A stretch of DNA of 64,000 nucleotides from Dehalococcoidia bacterium (GTDB lineage Bacteria > Chloroflexota > Dehalococcoidia > Lucifugimonadales > UBA3495), in the NCBI GenBank assembly GCA_965115825.1, contig OZ220464.1, forward strand, positions 705,530 through 769,529, in the 5' to 3' direction. The position numbers were made by a program, and so were the translations under genes. The notes beneath the pieces are model-generated. The model was not told the origin of the DNA and ran no database searches. It saw only the letters and a list, made by a program, of their open reading frames with translations. This document shows, one piece after another, positions 36,480 to 45,403 of this stretch (within the stretch, counting starts at the first letter, position 1; each line of letters begins with the position of its first letter).

Positions 36480-37122
36480 TATGCCCACCCGATACCATTC
36501 CCATTTGTCGGCAATGTCCGCCCAGGCCATTGCCGAGTTATCCGCCCGGCACCAGGCCCGCGAGCGCGCCCTCGCTATCTCCCGCCAGGTCATCCGCAAT
36601 TCCGCCAACGCCATCCGCGCCGTGCACCGCAACGACTTTGATCAGGCCCGCCGTCTCATTGCCGAAGCCTCCGCCGGTCTGTCCGAAACCCTCAGCATCC
36701 GCACGGATAACCCGGAAATCTACTACGCCGGCTTTCTCTCCGACGCCCGCAAGGAGTTCACCGAAGCCAACATAACCCTGGCCGTCATCTCCGGCGCCGA
36801 CATCCCCAACGCCGAAATCCTCGGCATCGACCCTCCCGCCTACCTCAACGGCATGGCCGAGGTAATCGGCGAACTCCGCCGCTATATCCTCGACGCTCTC
36901 CGCCGCGATGACACCGCTCGCTGCGAAGAACTAATGGAGCTGATGGACGAAATTTACGGCATCCTCATTACCGTCGATTTCCCCGAAGCCGTAACCGGCG
37001 GCCTCCGCCACAGCGCCGACGCAATGCGCGGCGTACTCGAACGCACCCGTGGCGACCTCACCATCTCCTTACAGCAGCGCCGCCTCGAGCAGCGCCTCGC
37101 CAAAATGGCCGAACCTGAATAG
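36472..37122 (+). CDS. Translin-family-like helical protein
   Basis: The protein is all-helical. The patterns RERALAISRQVIRNSANAIRAVHRNDFDQA, YLNGMAEVIGELRRYILDAL and LRHSADAMRGVLERTRGDL recall translin blocks. The start is GTG 36472 or ATG 36481. Confidence 0.45.
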   Translation: MSDMPTRYHSHLSAMSAQAIAELSARHQARERALAISRQVIRNSANAIRAVHRNDFDQARRLIAEASAGLSETLSIRTDNPEIYYAGFLSDARKEFTEANITLAVISGADIPNAEILGIDPPAYLNGMAEVIGELRRYILDALRRDDTARCEELMELMDEIYGILITVDFPEAVTGGLRHSADAMRGVLERTRGDLTISLQQRRLEQRLAKMAEPE

Positions 37123-37136
37123 GAGGTGACTTAACA

Positions 37137-38060
37137 ATGGAATCGCCCCGCACACACACCGTCACCGGAGCAACTGGCTACACCGGACGTTACATAACCG
37201 ACCTTCTGCTCCGGCAGGGTTATCGCGTACAGTCCATCACCGGGCATCCCGAACGCTCTAATCCCTTCGCCGACCGTGTTCCTCTGCATCCTTTCAATTT
37301 CGACCGCCCCGACCTGCTGGAAGAGACCCTCGCCGGCACCGATACCCTGTTCAACACTTACTGGATCCGCGTCAACTATCGAGGTCGCACCCACCAGCAG
37401 TGCGTTGAGCAAACCCGGGTGATGTTTCAGGCCGCCCGGGCGGCCGGCGTCCGTCGCATCGTGCACATCAGCATCACCAACCCAGACCCTCAATCCCCCT
37501 TGCCGTATTTCCGAGGCAAAGGCCAATTGGAAGACTCCTTACGCGATTTGGGCGTCTCCTACGCCATCCTGCGCCCTACTGTTCTGTACAGCTCCGAGGA
37601 CATCCTGCTCAATAACATCGCATGGACGCTGCGCCGGTTCCCCTTGACGCTCCTGCCCGGCAAAGGCGATTACCCCATTCAGCCCATCTTCGTCGCAGAC
37701 CTGGCCCAGCTGGCCGTAGCCGCCGCTGAAGACGACCGGAACACCGAAATCGACGCTGTCGGCCCCGAGGTTTTCACCTACGCCGAGATGGTCAAGACCG
37801 TGCGAGACAAGATAGGCGCCAATTGTCTGGTGCTCCCCTCGCCCAAGCCCCTGACCTACCTGGCCGGCCGCCTCTTGGGCCTCTTTGTCAACGACATAGT
37901 GCTCACCAACGACGAGATAAAGGGCCTTTCTGCCGGACTGCTGGTGTCCCGCTCCGGCGCCGAGCCGCCCGGCAAAACCAGGTTGACCGAGTGGCTGGAC
38001 CAGCACGGCGCGGCGCTCGGCCGCCGCTATGCCTCCGAAATACGGAGACATTACCAGTAG
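37137..38060 (+). CDS. NAD(P)-binding NmrA/atypical-SDR-like protein
   Basis: Rossmann motif VTGATGYTGRYI. An AGGAGGTG RBS lies upstream. Confidence 0.7.
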   Translation: MESPRTHTVTGATGYTGRYITDLLLRQGYRVQSITGHPERSNPFADRVPLHPFNFDRPDLLEETLAGTDTLFNTYWIRVNYRGRTHQQCVEQTRVMFQAARAAGVRRIVHISITNPDPQSPLPYFRGKGQLEDSLRDLGVSYAILRPTVLYSSEDILLNNIAWTLRRFPLTLLPGKGDYPIQPIFVADLAQLAVAAAEDDRNTEIDAVGPEVFTYAEMVKTVRDKIGANCLVLPSPKPLTYLAGRLLGLFVNDIVLTNDEIKGLSAGLLVSRSGAEPPGKTRLTEWLDQHGAALGRRYASEIRRHYQ

Positions 38061-38129
38061 GGAGTGTTGAGATTGATGGCCGCCCGTTGGTAGAATAGCA
38101 TCCTTGCAGCTGCCATCAGGAGCCATTAA

Positions 38130-39185
38130 GTGACGAGCCATTCAGCGGTTGACCAAACCCTGCGCGCCGCGGTGCATCCCTACCCAGATACGCTCGACGC
38201 CATCGAGGAGTGCTACCGCCGCGGCTGGACCGACGGTCTCCCCGTCGTACCGCCCACCGCCGATCGGGTGCAGACCATGCTGGACGCCGTCGGCCTGGCC
38301 CCCGATGCCCTCCTCGGCGAAGTTCCGGTGCGACGACGCGCCCTCACTGCCGAGCAAGCCGCCGCCAACACCGTCATGGCCGGCTGTCTCCCCGCCTACT
38401 TCCCCATTGTCCTCGCCATCCTCCGGATACTCTTTGAACACGACCCCAACTGCATCCATGAAGTCTCCGCCGTCACCAACTCCACCGGCCTCCTCACCAT
38501 CGTCAACGGCCCGATACGACGTGAAATTGAACTCAACTGCGCCGACAACCTGTTCAGCCCCGGCCATCGCGCCAACTCTACCATTGGCCGGGCTCTGCGC
38601 CTCATCTTCATCAACGTTTTTGAACAGCGGCCCGGCGTCCTCGACCGGGGTTGCATGGGCAGCCTCACTAAGTTCGGCGTCGTCATTGGCGAGGACGAGG
38701 AAAACAGCCCCTGGGAACCTTTCCACGTCAGCGCCGGCTTCCCCCCGGAGCAATCCACCGTTACCGTCGCCACCATCCAGGACCCCTCAATGCACGGCAA
38801 CCGTTACGGCGCCACGGCGGAAAGCCTCCTGGACTCCATCGCCGACGGCATGGCTTCCCACGGCCTGGGCATCTACTTCGGACGCGGCATAAAATGGGTC
38901 TGGATCGTCGGACACTGGCATTCCGAGCTGCTCGGCCGTCTGGGCTGGACTCGGCGCGATATGCAGGAATACCTCCACGAGCGAGCCTGGCGCTCCACCG
39001 GCCAGCTCAAACGCCTCGGTATGCTGAACGGTTCCGTTCAGCCCGGCGACGATGAGGAAAAACGTATGACCGTAGACAGCCCGGACGACATCCTCATCAT
39101 CAAAGCCGGCGGCGACAGCGGCATTTACAGCGAACTTATTATGAACTACTACGGCGTCCCTGCCGTTACTGCCGCAATCACGTAA
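38130..39185 (+). CDS. Conserved hypothetical protein (upstream neighbour of the UxxC selenoprotein candidate)
   Basis: 351 aa. A GTG start follows AGGAG. I recognise no family. Notable blocks are WTDGLPVVPPT and HRANSTIGRALRL. Confidence 0.5.
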   Translation: MTSHSAVDQTLRAAVHPYPDTLDAIEECYRRGWTDGLPVVPPTADRVQTMLDAVGLAPDALLGEVPVRRRALTAEQAAANTVMAGCLPAYFPIVLAILRILFEHDPNCIHEVSAVTNSTGLLTIVNGPIRREIELNCADNLFSPGHRANSTIGRALRLIFINVFEQRPGVLDRGCMGSLTKFGVVIGEDEENSPWEPFHVSAGFPPEQSTVTVATIQDPSMHGNRYGATAESLLDSIADGMASHGLGIYFGRGIKWVWIVGHWHSELLGRLGWTRRDMQEYLHERAWRSTGQLKRLGMLNGSVQPGDDEEKRMTVDSPDDILIIKAGGDSGIYSELIMNYYGVPAVTAAIT

Positions 39186-39215
39186 CACCGTTAGACCCAG
39201 CGTAAGGAGATCGTT

Positions 39216-39779
39216 ATGCCCGCCGCCAGCGCCCCTGTCGTCCAGCTCATCGACCCCACCGGCTTTGACCCCGGCGCGACTCCTCTCATTATGGCCCCCC
39301 GGCCCGTTGACCTTCGCGGCGGGCGGCTCGGCCTGCTGGACAACTCCAAGGCCAATTCCGATGCCATCCTGTGGGCCATCGCCCACGCCCTCGACGAAGA
39401 GTTTGAGTTTGCGGACATCTTTTATGTCCGCAAGCACAACGCCTCTTTGCCGCCTCATCCCCAAGTCTTGGCCGACCTGCATCGCAACGCAGACTTCGTA
39501 ATCGCCGGCGTGGGTGATTGAGGCGGTTGTTCGTCGGGCAGTTTGCACGACGGAATTACCTTGGAGCGGCAGGGGATCCCGGCGGCCGCCATTATTACCA
39601 ACGTGTTCGCCAACACCGCCCGCGCCTACACCAGACTGATGGGCGTCCCCGATTTCCCCTACCTGATGTGTCCGCACCCCATTACCAACGTCGCCGCCGA
39701 GGGCCTGCAAGACCGGGCCCAACTGCTCGCTCCTGACGTCCGCCGTCTGCTCATCAACGGCGCTCTGACCAATAGTTAG
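39216..39779 (+). CDS. UxxC (UGSC-like) selenoprotein candidate, in-frame TGA = Sec at codon 102
   Basis: ORFs 39216..39521 and 39543..39779 are in the same frame and are separated only by TGA 39519..39521. Read through, the sequence is ...FVIAGVGD-U-GGCSSGSLHDGITLERQGIPAAAIITNVF.... A TAAGGAG RBS precedes the start. Confidence 0.7.
39530..39554 (+). promoter_or_regulatory. Candidate bacterial SECIS stem-loop for the UxxC gene
   Basis: UUCGUCG / CGACGGA stem (7 bp including one G-U pair). It is extended by GCA/UGC around an apical GUU loop. It starts 9 nt after the UGA. Confidence 0.45.
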
Positions 39780-39792
39780 CCCCGACGTCTCC

Positions 39793-41985
39793 ATGCCAGG
39801 CTTGGGCGACATATTCCGACGCATTACCCGCCGCTCCCGCCGGGAGCAAGAGCCGGACAGCGCCCCCGATTCAACAGAACTCCCAACCGACGAAGCTCCT
39901 GACGCCGAACCCGACCAACCCTTGCCTGCCTCGTCAGCCGCCGCCGAACCCCCACTGTCAGCCGCTGCCGAACCCCCACCGTCAGCCGCTGCCGAGCCCC
40001 CACTGTCAACCGCCGCCGAACCCACACTGTCAGCTGCCGCCGAACTCACACTGTCAACCGCCGCCGAACCCCCACTGTCAGCCGCTGCCGAGCCCCCACT
40101 GTCAACCGCCGCCGAACCCCCACTGTCAACCGCTGCCGAACCCCCACTGTCAGCCGCTGCCGAACCCCCACTGTCAGCCGCTGCCGAACCCCCACCGTCA
40201 GCCGCTGCCGAACCCCCACCGTCAGCCGCTGCCGAACCCCCACTGTCAACCGCTGCCGAACCCCCACTGTCAGCTGCTACTGACCCCCTACCGCCAATCA
40301 CTACTGACCCCCCGCCTTCAGCCGCTGCCGAATCCGCGCCACCAATCGCTCGCGAACTTCCGCTGTCGGAGGCCGCCGCCGTACCCCAACCGTCTCCGCC
40401 CGTCCCCGAGTACACTCCACTCCGCGAGCCTGCCGGCGTCTTTGCTTCGGAGCCGGCCGGCCCAGTTATTGCGGAACCATCGCCGCCGCTGCCACCCTCT
40501 CCCGTCTCTGCTCCGTCCTCCTCTCCTAACGATGAGTTGCGCGAAGACCACCTGTTGCTGGACTGCCCCTATTGCGGCCTGACCGAACAGCGCATGGGAG
40601 CCCGATGTGATAATTGCGGTCAGGTGGTGGTGCGTCTCCCCTCCTGGGCCCAACATCGCCGTCGCAATTGGCTCCTGGAGCGATTGGCTTGGCGTCGTAT
40701 CATCGCGGCCTGCGCCATCGTTCTGTTCGTTCTGTTCGTGGTCTGGATTAACTATCCTTTCGTGCCCAATCCGGTGATTTTCTTCAAAAATGTCCAGACC
40801 AATACGACCGCCGATGACGGCCCCGGCGTCTGGTCAATCAGTGGCCGCGACCTGCGCAACACGCGGTTCGTTTCCGTAGGCTATCCCCCCCCGGTGGGCA
40901 CTATTGTCTGGAATACCAACATCCCTGAGCCCCTCAAATCCGAGCCGGTATCTCAGGATTCCAATATCTACCTCGGCTCCGCCAACGGTATCTTTCTTAT
41001 TGGGGTCAATAACCCCAATCCGGAAGAAGACGGTAAAATCCGCGCCGGCTGGGAAGGAGAAACCCCCGGACGAATCACCGCCGCCGCTGCCGTGGTCGAT
41101 TCCCACCTCTTCTTCGGCAGTACCGACAAAACCGTCAACGCCTGGAACGCCCGCACTGGAAACCCCGAATGGACATTTCCCGCCGAAGATACCGTCGAAG
41201 TTCCCCCCGTCATCGTCAACGGTATGGTCTATATCGCCTCTGGCCTGGGTTGGCTCTACGCCCTTGACGCCCAAAGTGGCTCCCTCATTTGGAAAGTTCA
41301 GCTGAATAGCAACGCCAGCGGAGCGGTCGCCGTGTACGAAGGAAGATTGATGGTTGGCGACCAGGATGGCGTTTTCCACGTACTGTCCACCCGCACTGGC
41401 CAGGAGCGGTTCCGCTTCCGCACTCCCCGAGCTATCCAGGGATCCCCCGTAATCTCCGAAGATGGCCAGCGCGCTTTCTTCGCTTCCTCGGGCCAGCTTT
41501 ATTCGGTACGCGCAGACCGTAGGGAATTCCCCGGCCTCTACCAGTTCAAGCAGGTTTGGGCCCAACTCTGGCTCTGGCAAGTCCCCGGCGTCCCACGCCC
41601 GCAGGGGCAGCAGGGCGGGCTGTGGCGATTCAGCCCCAATAACCCCTTGCGCGGCATTCATAGCGCTCCCGCCCTCGCCAACGACCTCGGTCAGGAATCC
41701 CTCTACGTCGGCGGCCACGACCGCATGATGTACTCCCTGAACGCCGCCGACGGTTCTGTACTTTGGGCTTTCCAAGCGGAAAACGCCATTCTCGCTTCCC
41801 CTCTGATAGTAAAAGACCGTCTCATCTTCGGGGATGCCAGCGGCTACCTTTATTCCCTCCACCGCGAAGACGGCTCCGTTGACTGGAAGATCTTCATGGG
41901 ATCCAGCATCGCCATTCCGCCCATTCTCAGCAATGACCTGCTCATAGTCCGCACTGTATCCGGGGATATTTTCGGCATCAAATAA
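39793..41985 (+). CDS. Membrane protein: Pro/Ala repeat region, zinc ribbon, TM segment, PQQ-like beta-propeller
   Basis: The N-terminus carries (AAEPP[LP]S[AT])n repeats. The zinc ribbon is CPYCGL...CDNCGQ. The TM segment is IIAACAIVLFVLFVVWI. The C-terminal ~430 aa have repeated propeller blades (DGSVLWAF, SGSLIWKV, DGSVDWKI). Confidence 0.7.
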   Translation: MPGLGDIFRRITRRSRREQEPDSAPDSTELPTDEAPDAEPDQPLPASSAAAEPPLSAAAEPPPSAAAEPPLSTAAEPTLSAAAELTLSTAAEPPLSAAAEPPLSTAAEPPLSTAAEPPLSAAAEPPLSAAAEPPPSAAAEPPPSAAAEPPLSTAAEPPLSAATDPLPPITTDPPPSAAAESAPPIARELPLSEAAAVPQPSPPVPEYTPLREPAGVFASEPAGPVIAEPSPPLPPSPVSAPSSSPNDELREDHLLLDCPYCGLTEQRMGARCDNCGQVVVRLPSWAQHRRRNWLLERLAWRRIIAACAIVLFVLFVVWINYPFVPNPVIFFKNVQTNTTADDGPGVWSISGRDLRNTRFVSVGYPPPVGTIVWNTNIPEPLKSEPVSQDSNIYLGSANGIFLIGVNNPNPEEDGKIRAGWEGETPGRITAAAAVVDSHLFFGSTDKTVNAWNARTGNPEWTFPAEDTVEVPPVIVNGMVYIASGLGWLYALDAQSGSLIWKVQLNSNASGAVAVYEGRLMVGDQDGVFHVLSTRTGQERFRFRTPRAIQGSPVISEDGQRAFFASSGQLYSVRADRREFPGLYQFKQVWAQLWLWQVPGVPRPQGQQGGLWRFSPNNPLRGIHSAPALANDLGQESLYVGGHDRMMYSLNAADGSVLWAFQAENAILASPLIVKDRLIFGDASGYLYSLHREDGSVDWKIFMGSSIAIPPILSNDLLIVRTVSGDIFGIK
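39937..40272 (+). repeat. 24-bp tandem repeat x14 inside the CDS
   Basis: GCCGCYGCCGAACCCCCACYGTCA units run head to tail. Degenerate copies flank them out to about 40345. Confidence 0.9.
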
Positions 41986-41997
41986 CCCGCCGGCGCG

Positions 41998-42978
41998 TCA
42001 GTACAGATGGCAGGATACCCGGTGTCCCGGAGCAACTTCCTTCTCCACCGGCGCCTCCTCCGAACACTGCGGCATCGCAAAAGGACAGCGTGGGTGGAAC
42101 CGGCACCCGCTGGGCGGATTAATCGGCGAGGGCACTTCCCCTTGCAGCACTATGTCCTCCCGTATCAAGTCCGGATGCGAGGGCAGCGCCGCCGAGAACA
42201 ACGCCTTCGTGTACGGATGCAGCGCGTTGCTGTACAGCTCCTCCGTCTCCGCATACTCCACAATTTGACCCAGGTACATCACCGCGGTCTCGTGCGCCAT
42301 GTACCGAACCGTCGCCAGGTTGTGGGCAATCAGCAGATAACTCACATTGTACTGCTCTTGCAGGTCTTTCAGCAGGTTCATTACCTGCGCGCGAATGGAC
42401 ACGTCCAGCGCCGAAACCGGCTCATCCAGTACAATCAGCTTGGGGTAGGACACCAGCGCCGAAGCCACCGCTATCCGCTGCCTCTGCCCGCCGCTGAACT
42501 CATGCGGGTAGTTGGCCGCCTGCTGCGAGTGCAGCCCAACCTGCTGCAGCACCTCCGCTACCCGCTCGTTCTTCTCCTGAGTCGTAACGTTCCGGTTCAC
42601 CACCAGCGGCTCCGACACAATGTCCCGCACCCGCATCCGCGGACTCAGCGATGACCATGGATCCTGGAAAACTGCCTGCACCGTCGTTCGATACTCTTGC
42701 AGCTCCGAACCCCGGAAGGTGTTGATGTCCTTCCCTTCCAGCAGAATATCGCCCTCGGTCGGCCGCTCCAAACGGAGCAGCAGCTTGCTCGTGGTCGTCT
42801 TCCCGCAACCCGATTCACCCACCAGGCCCACCGTTTCGCCCTGCTTGATTGAGAACGAAATCCCGTCCACCGCTTGCACGTGCCCGATGGTCTTCATCAT
42901 TATCAGGCCCTTGGTGACCGGAAAGTACTTTTTCAGCCCGCGAACTTCCAGCAACGTGTTGTTGGTATCAACTGCCAT
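41998..42978 (-). CDS. Oligopeptide/dipeptide ABC transporter ATP-binding protein (OppF/DppF type)
   Basis: Walker [10 protein letters not shown], signature FSGGQRQR, Walker B LIVLDEP. The C-terminal oligopeptide-type extension contains CRFHPRCP. Confidence 0.9.
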   Translation of the reverse strand: MAVDTNNTLLEVRGLKKYFPVTKGLIMMKTIGHVQAVDGISFSIKQGETVGLVGESGCGKTTTSKLLLRLERPTEGDILLEGKDINTFRGSELQEYRTTVQAVFQDPWSSLSPRMRVRDIVSEPLVVNRNVTTQEKNERVAEVLQQVGLHSQQAANYPHEFSGGQRQRIAVASALVSYPKLIVLDEPVSALDVSIRAQVMNLLKDLQEQYNVSYLLIAHNLATVRYMAHETAVMYLGQIVEYAETEELYSNALHPYTKALFSAALPSHPDLIREDIVLQGEVPSPINPPSGCRFHPRCPFAMPQCSEEAPVEKEVAPGHRVSCHLY

Positions 42979-43029
42979 GGGGACAGTTCCTCCTCAGCGT
43001 TAGTAAAAATCAATTGCTTCCGCCGGCCT

Positions 43030-44073
43030 TTATCCGGCCGTCCCGGTAGGCGGGACGAATTCCTCAATCGGCGTGCCTTCCCAATCCGGCTCCAATGCCC
43101 AGCAGTCCGCATGATGACCCTCAGCCAAGTTGGTAGTGGTGGGATACGCCTCGTAGCACTTATCCCCAGCATAGGGGCAACGCGGCGCAAAGCGGCACCC
43201 CTCCGGCAGGTTCGACAGCAACGGCGGCTGTCCATCAATGGAATACAGCCGATCCACCCGCTCCTCCAGCTTGGGCACCGAATTAATCAGCGCCTGCGTG
43301 TACGGATGCGCCGGACGGCTGAATATGTCCCTCACGTCGCCCTGTTCAATAATCCTGCCGGCGTACATCACCGCCACCCGGTCGCACATCCGCGCCACCA
43401 CGCCGAAGTCGTGCGTAATGAATATGATGGCCAACCCGGTTTCCGCCTGAATCTCCTTCAGCAGCCGCAAGTATTGCAGCTGGATGGTTACATCCAGCGC
43501 CGTCGTCGGCTCGTCCGCAATGATTACCCCCGGCTCGCACGACATCGCAATCGCGCCCACTACCCGCTGCTTCATCCCCCCCGACATTTGGTGCGGGTAG
43601 TCGTCCAAACGACGCTCCGGCGCCGCTACATTCACCTTCCGCAGCGCATCCACCGCCCGCGATAACATCGAGCTCTTGTTTTCCTTGTGCGCGATGCCCA
43701 ACGCTTCCCGCAGTTGGTTCCCAATAGTGAAAACCGGATTCAGCGACGTTTGCGGGTCTTGCAGAATCATCGAAATCTGCCGCCCCCGCACGTCCCGCAT
43801 TTCCTCTTCGCTCTTTTGCAGAATATCGTCGCCATTGAGGACAATCTCACCCTCAACAATACGCCCCGCCGGCTTCGGAACCAGCCTCAGCAGCGACAGC
43901 GCCGTCATCGTCTTGCCGCATCCCGACTCCCCCACGATCCCCAGCGTTTCCCCCTTGCGCAGGTTAAACGAGATCCCGTCCACCGCTTTCACGGTAGCCG
44001 CCCTGGTGAAAATATACGTTTTGAGGTCATTCACCTCTAGGATGGTGTCGGTCGCAGTCTGTACAGCTGTCAT
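43030..44073 (-). CDS. Oligopeptide/dipeptide ABC transporter ATP-binding protein (OppD/DppD type)
   Basis: Motifs [16 protein letters not shown] and [11 protein letters not shown], plus the C-terminal CRFAPRCP. Confidence 0.9.
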   Translation of the reverse strand: MTAVQTATDTILEVNDLKTYIFTRAATVKAVDGISFNLRKGETLGIVGESGCGKTMTALSLLRLVPKPAGRIVEGEIVLNGDDILQKSEEEMRDVRGRQISMILQDPQTSLNPVFTIGNQLREALGIAHKENKSSMLSRAVDALRKVNVAAPERRLDDYPHQMSGGMKQRVVGAIAMSCEPGVIIADEPTTALDVTIQLQYLRLLKEIQAETGLAIIFITHDFGVVARMCDRVAVMYAGRIIEQGDVRDIFSRPAHPYTQALINSVPKLEERVDRLYSIDGQPPLLSNLPEGCRFAPRCPYAGDKCYEAYPTTTNLAEGHHADCWALEPDWEGTPIEEFVPPTGTAG

Positions 44074-44221
44074 GGGTCACTTCCCCTCAATTTTGGGCCC
44101 GGTTCAATCAGTAGGCATTCACCCGATCGATTGCCGAAAGCGTGGTAATTATAGCGCGTCCGTCTCCGGCGCCGCTATACTACCATTGTATTGGCTGGAT
44201 TGGGCAATATCCGGCCCGCCA

Positions 44222-44259
44222 TTATGACGCGGCCTCGGATACCCGAGGCCGCGTCATAA
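44222..44259 (-). promoter_or_regulatory. Perfect 17-bp hairpin inside the ABC operon (between permease and ATPase genes)
   Basis: TTATGACGCGGCCTCGG-ATAC-CCGAGGCCGCGTCATAA. It sits in a 216-bp intercistronic gap. Confidence 0.8.
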
Positions 44260-44289
44260 ACGCCTGCTTTCCGGTTTTCACCCGCGGCG

Positions 44290-45378
44290 TCACACATTCC
44301 GCAGCTTCGGGTCAAGCCGGTCCCGCAGCCAGTCGCCCAGCAGGTTCATAGACAACACCGTCAGCACGATGGCCAGGCACGGGAACAGGAATATCCACCA
44401 CGAACTCGTGATTACTTCCCGCCCATCGGCAGCCATCAGCCCCCAGGCCGGTTGCGGTCTGGGGATGCCTGCCCCCAGGAAACTCAGCGTCGCCTCCAGT
44501 ATGATGACGTGGCCCACTTCCAGCGTCGCCAGCACGATGACCGTGTTGAACACGTTGGGGAATATATGCCGCGCCATAATGCGCAAATTCGACGCCCCGG
44601 CTACCCGCGCCCGGTCGATGAAATCCCGTTCTTTGATGGTCAGCGCCTCTCCCCGTACTACCCTGGCGTAGCGCGCCCACAGCAGCAGCGCAATCACGAT
44701 AACCACCGTGCTGAACCCGGAGCCGATAGCCACCACCAGCGTCAACGCCAGCAGAATCGACGGGAAAGCCAGCTTGATGTCCACGATCCTCATCAGTATG
44801 GCATCGGCCAATCCCCCTCGGAACGCCGCCACCATCCCCAGCGTAGTCCCCAGGAAGCCGCCCAGCATAATAGCCAGGCACGATACCGCCAGCGATATTC
44901 GTGCGCCATGCATCAACCGGCTCAGCAGGTCTCTCCCCTGCTTGTCTGTCCCGAAGGGATACTCCCAGCTGCCGCCGGATTCCATGCGTACCATAGTCTC
45001 CCCGATGTCCGGCTGCCCGTTGCCGTTGGCGTCTATCAGCCTGGCCGCCCCGGAGTCCATGTTCCTCCGCGCATTGTTAAGGCTCACCTCGGCATCCTTG
45101 TCCCTGGCCCGTTGGACTATCACCTGCTCCTTTTCCCGGTCCGGAACCCACGCCGGCGGCTCCAATTCCCGCTCCAGGTCTCCCAGCAAATGGTCATGCG
45201 GAGACAGTACGTCGGCGAAGATGGCCGGTACGACCAGCAGCGCCACCAGCACGAACAGCGGTATTACCGGAAAGCGGCGCGTTGCCCGCCAGGCCTTGCC
45301 TACCGAAAGTCCTCCCCTTGCCGGCGCGGCGACCGTTTCGCCAACCGGGCCTCCGGGAGCGGTTGTTTGCACAGCCAT
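44290..45378 (-). CDS. ABC transporter permease (OppC/DppC type)
   Basis: Polytopic protein with a BPD-transport EAA-like region (ARVAGASNLRIMARHIFPN). ATG 45378 is preceded by GGAGG. Confidence 0.85.
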   Translation of the reverse strand: MAVQTTAPGGPVGETVAAPARGGLSVGKAWRATRRFPVIPLFVLVALLVVPAIFADVLSPHDHLLGDLERELEPPAWVPDREKEQVIVQRARDKDAEVSLNNARRNMDSGAARLIDANGNGQPDIGETMVRMESGGSWEYPFGTDKQGRDLLSRLMHGARISLAVSCLAIMLGGFLGTTLGMVAAFRGGLADAILMRIVDIKLAFPSILLALTLVVAIGSGFSTVVIVIALLLWARYARVVRGEALTIKERDFIDRARVAGASNLRIMARHIFPNVFNTVIVLATLEVGHVIILEATLSFLGAGIPRPQPAWGLMAADGREVITSSWWIFLFPCLAIVLTVLSMNLLGDWLRDRLDPKLRNV

Positions 45379-45403
45379 TGCTAAATACCTCCGATAGCCG
45401 CCG

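Noticed and set aside
38787-40415. 542-aa minus-strand ORF with (GGSAAAD)n repeats
   Set aside because: It is the antisense reading of the 24-bp repeat and of the 3' ends of two plus-strand genes. It spans three real genes and has no RBS.
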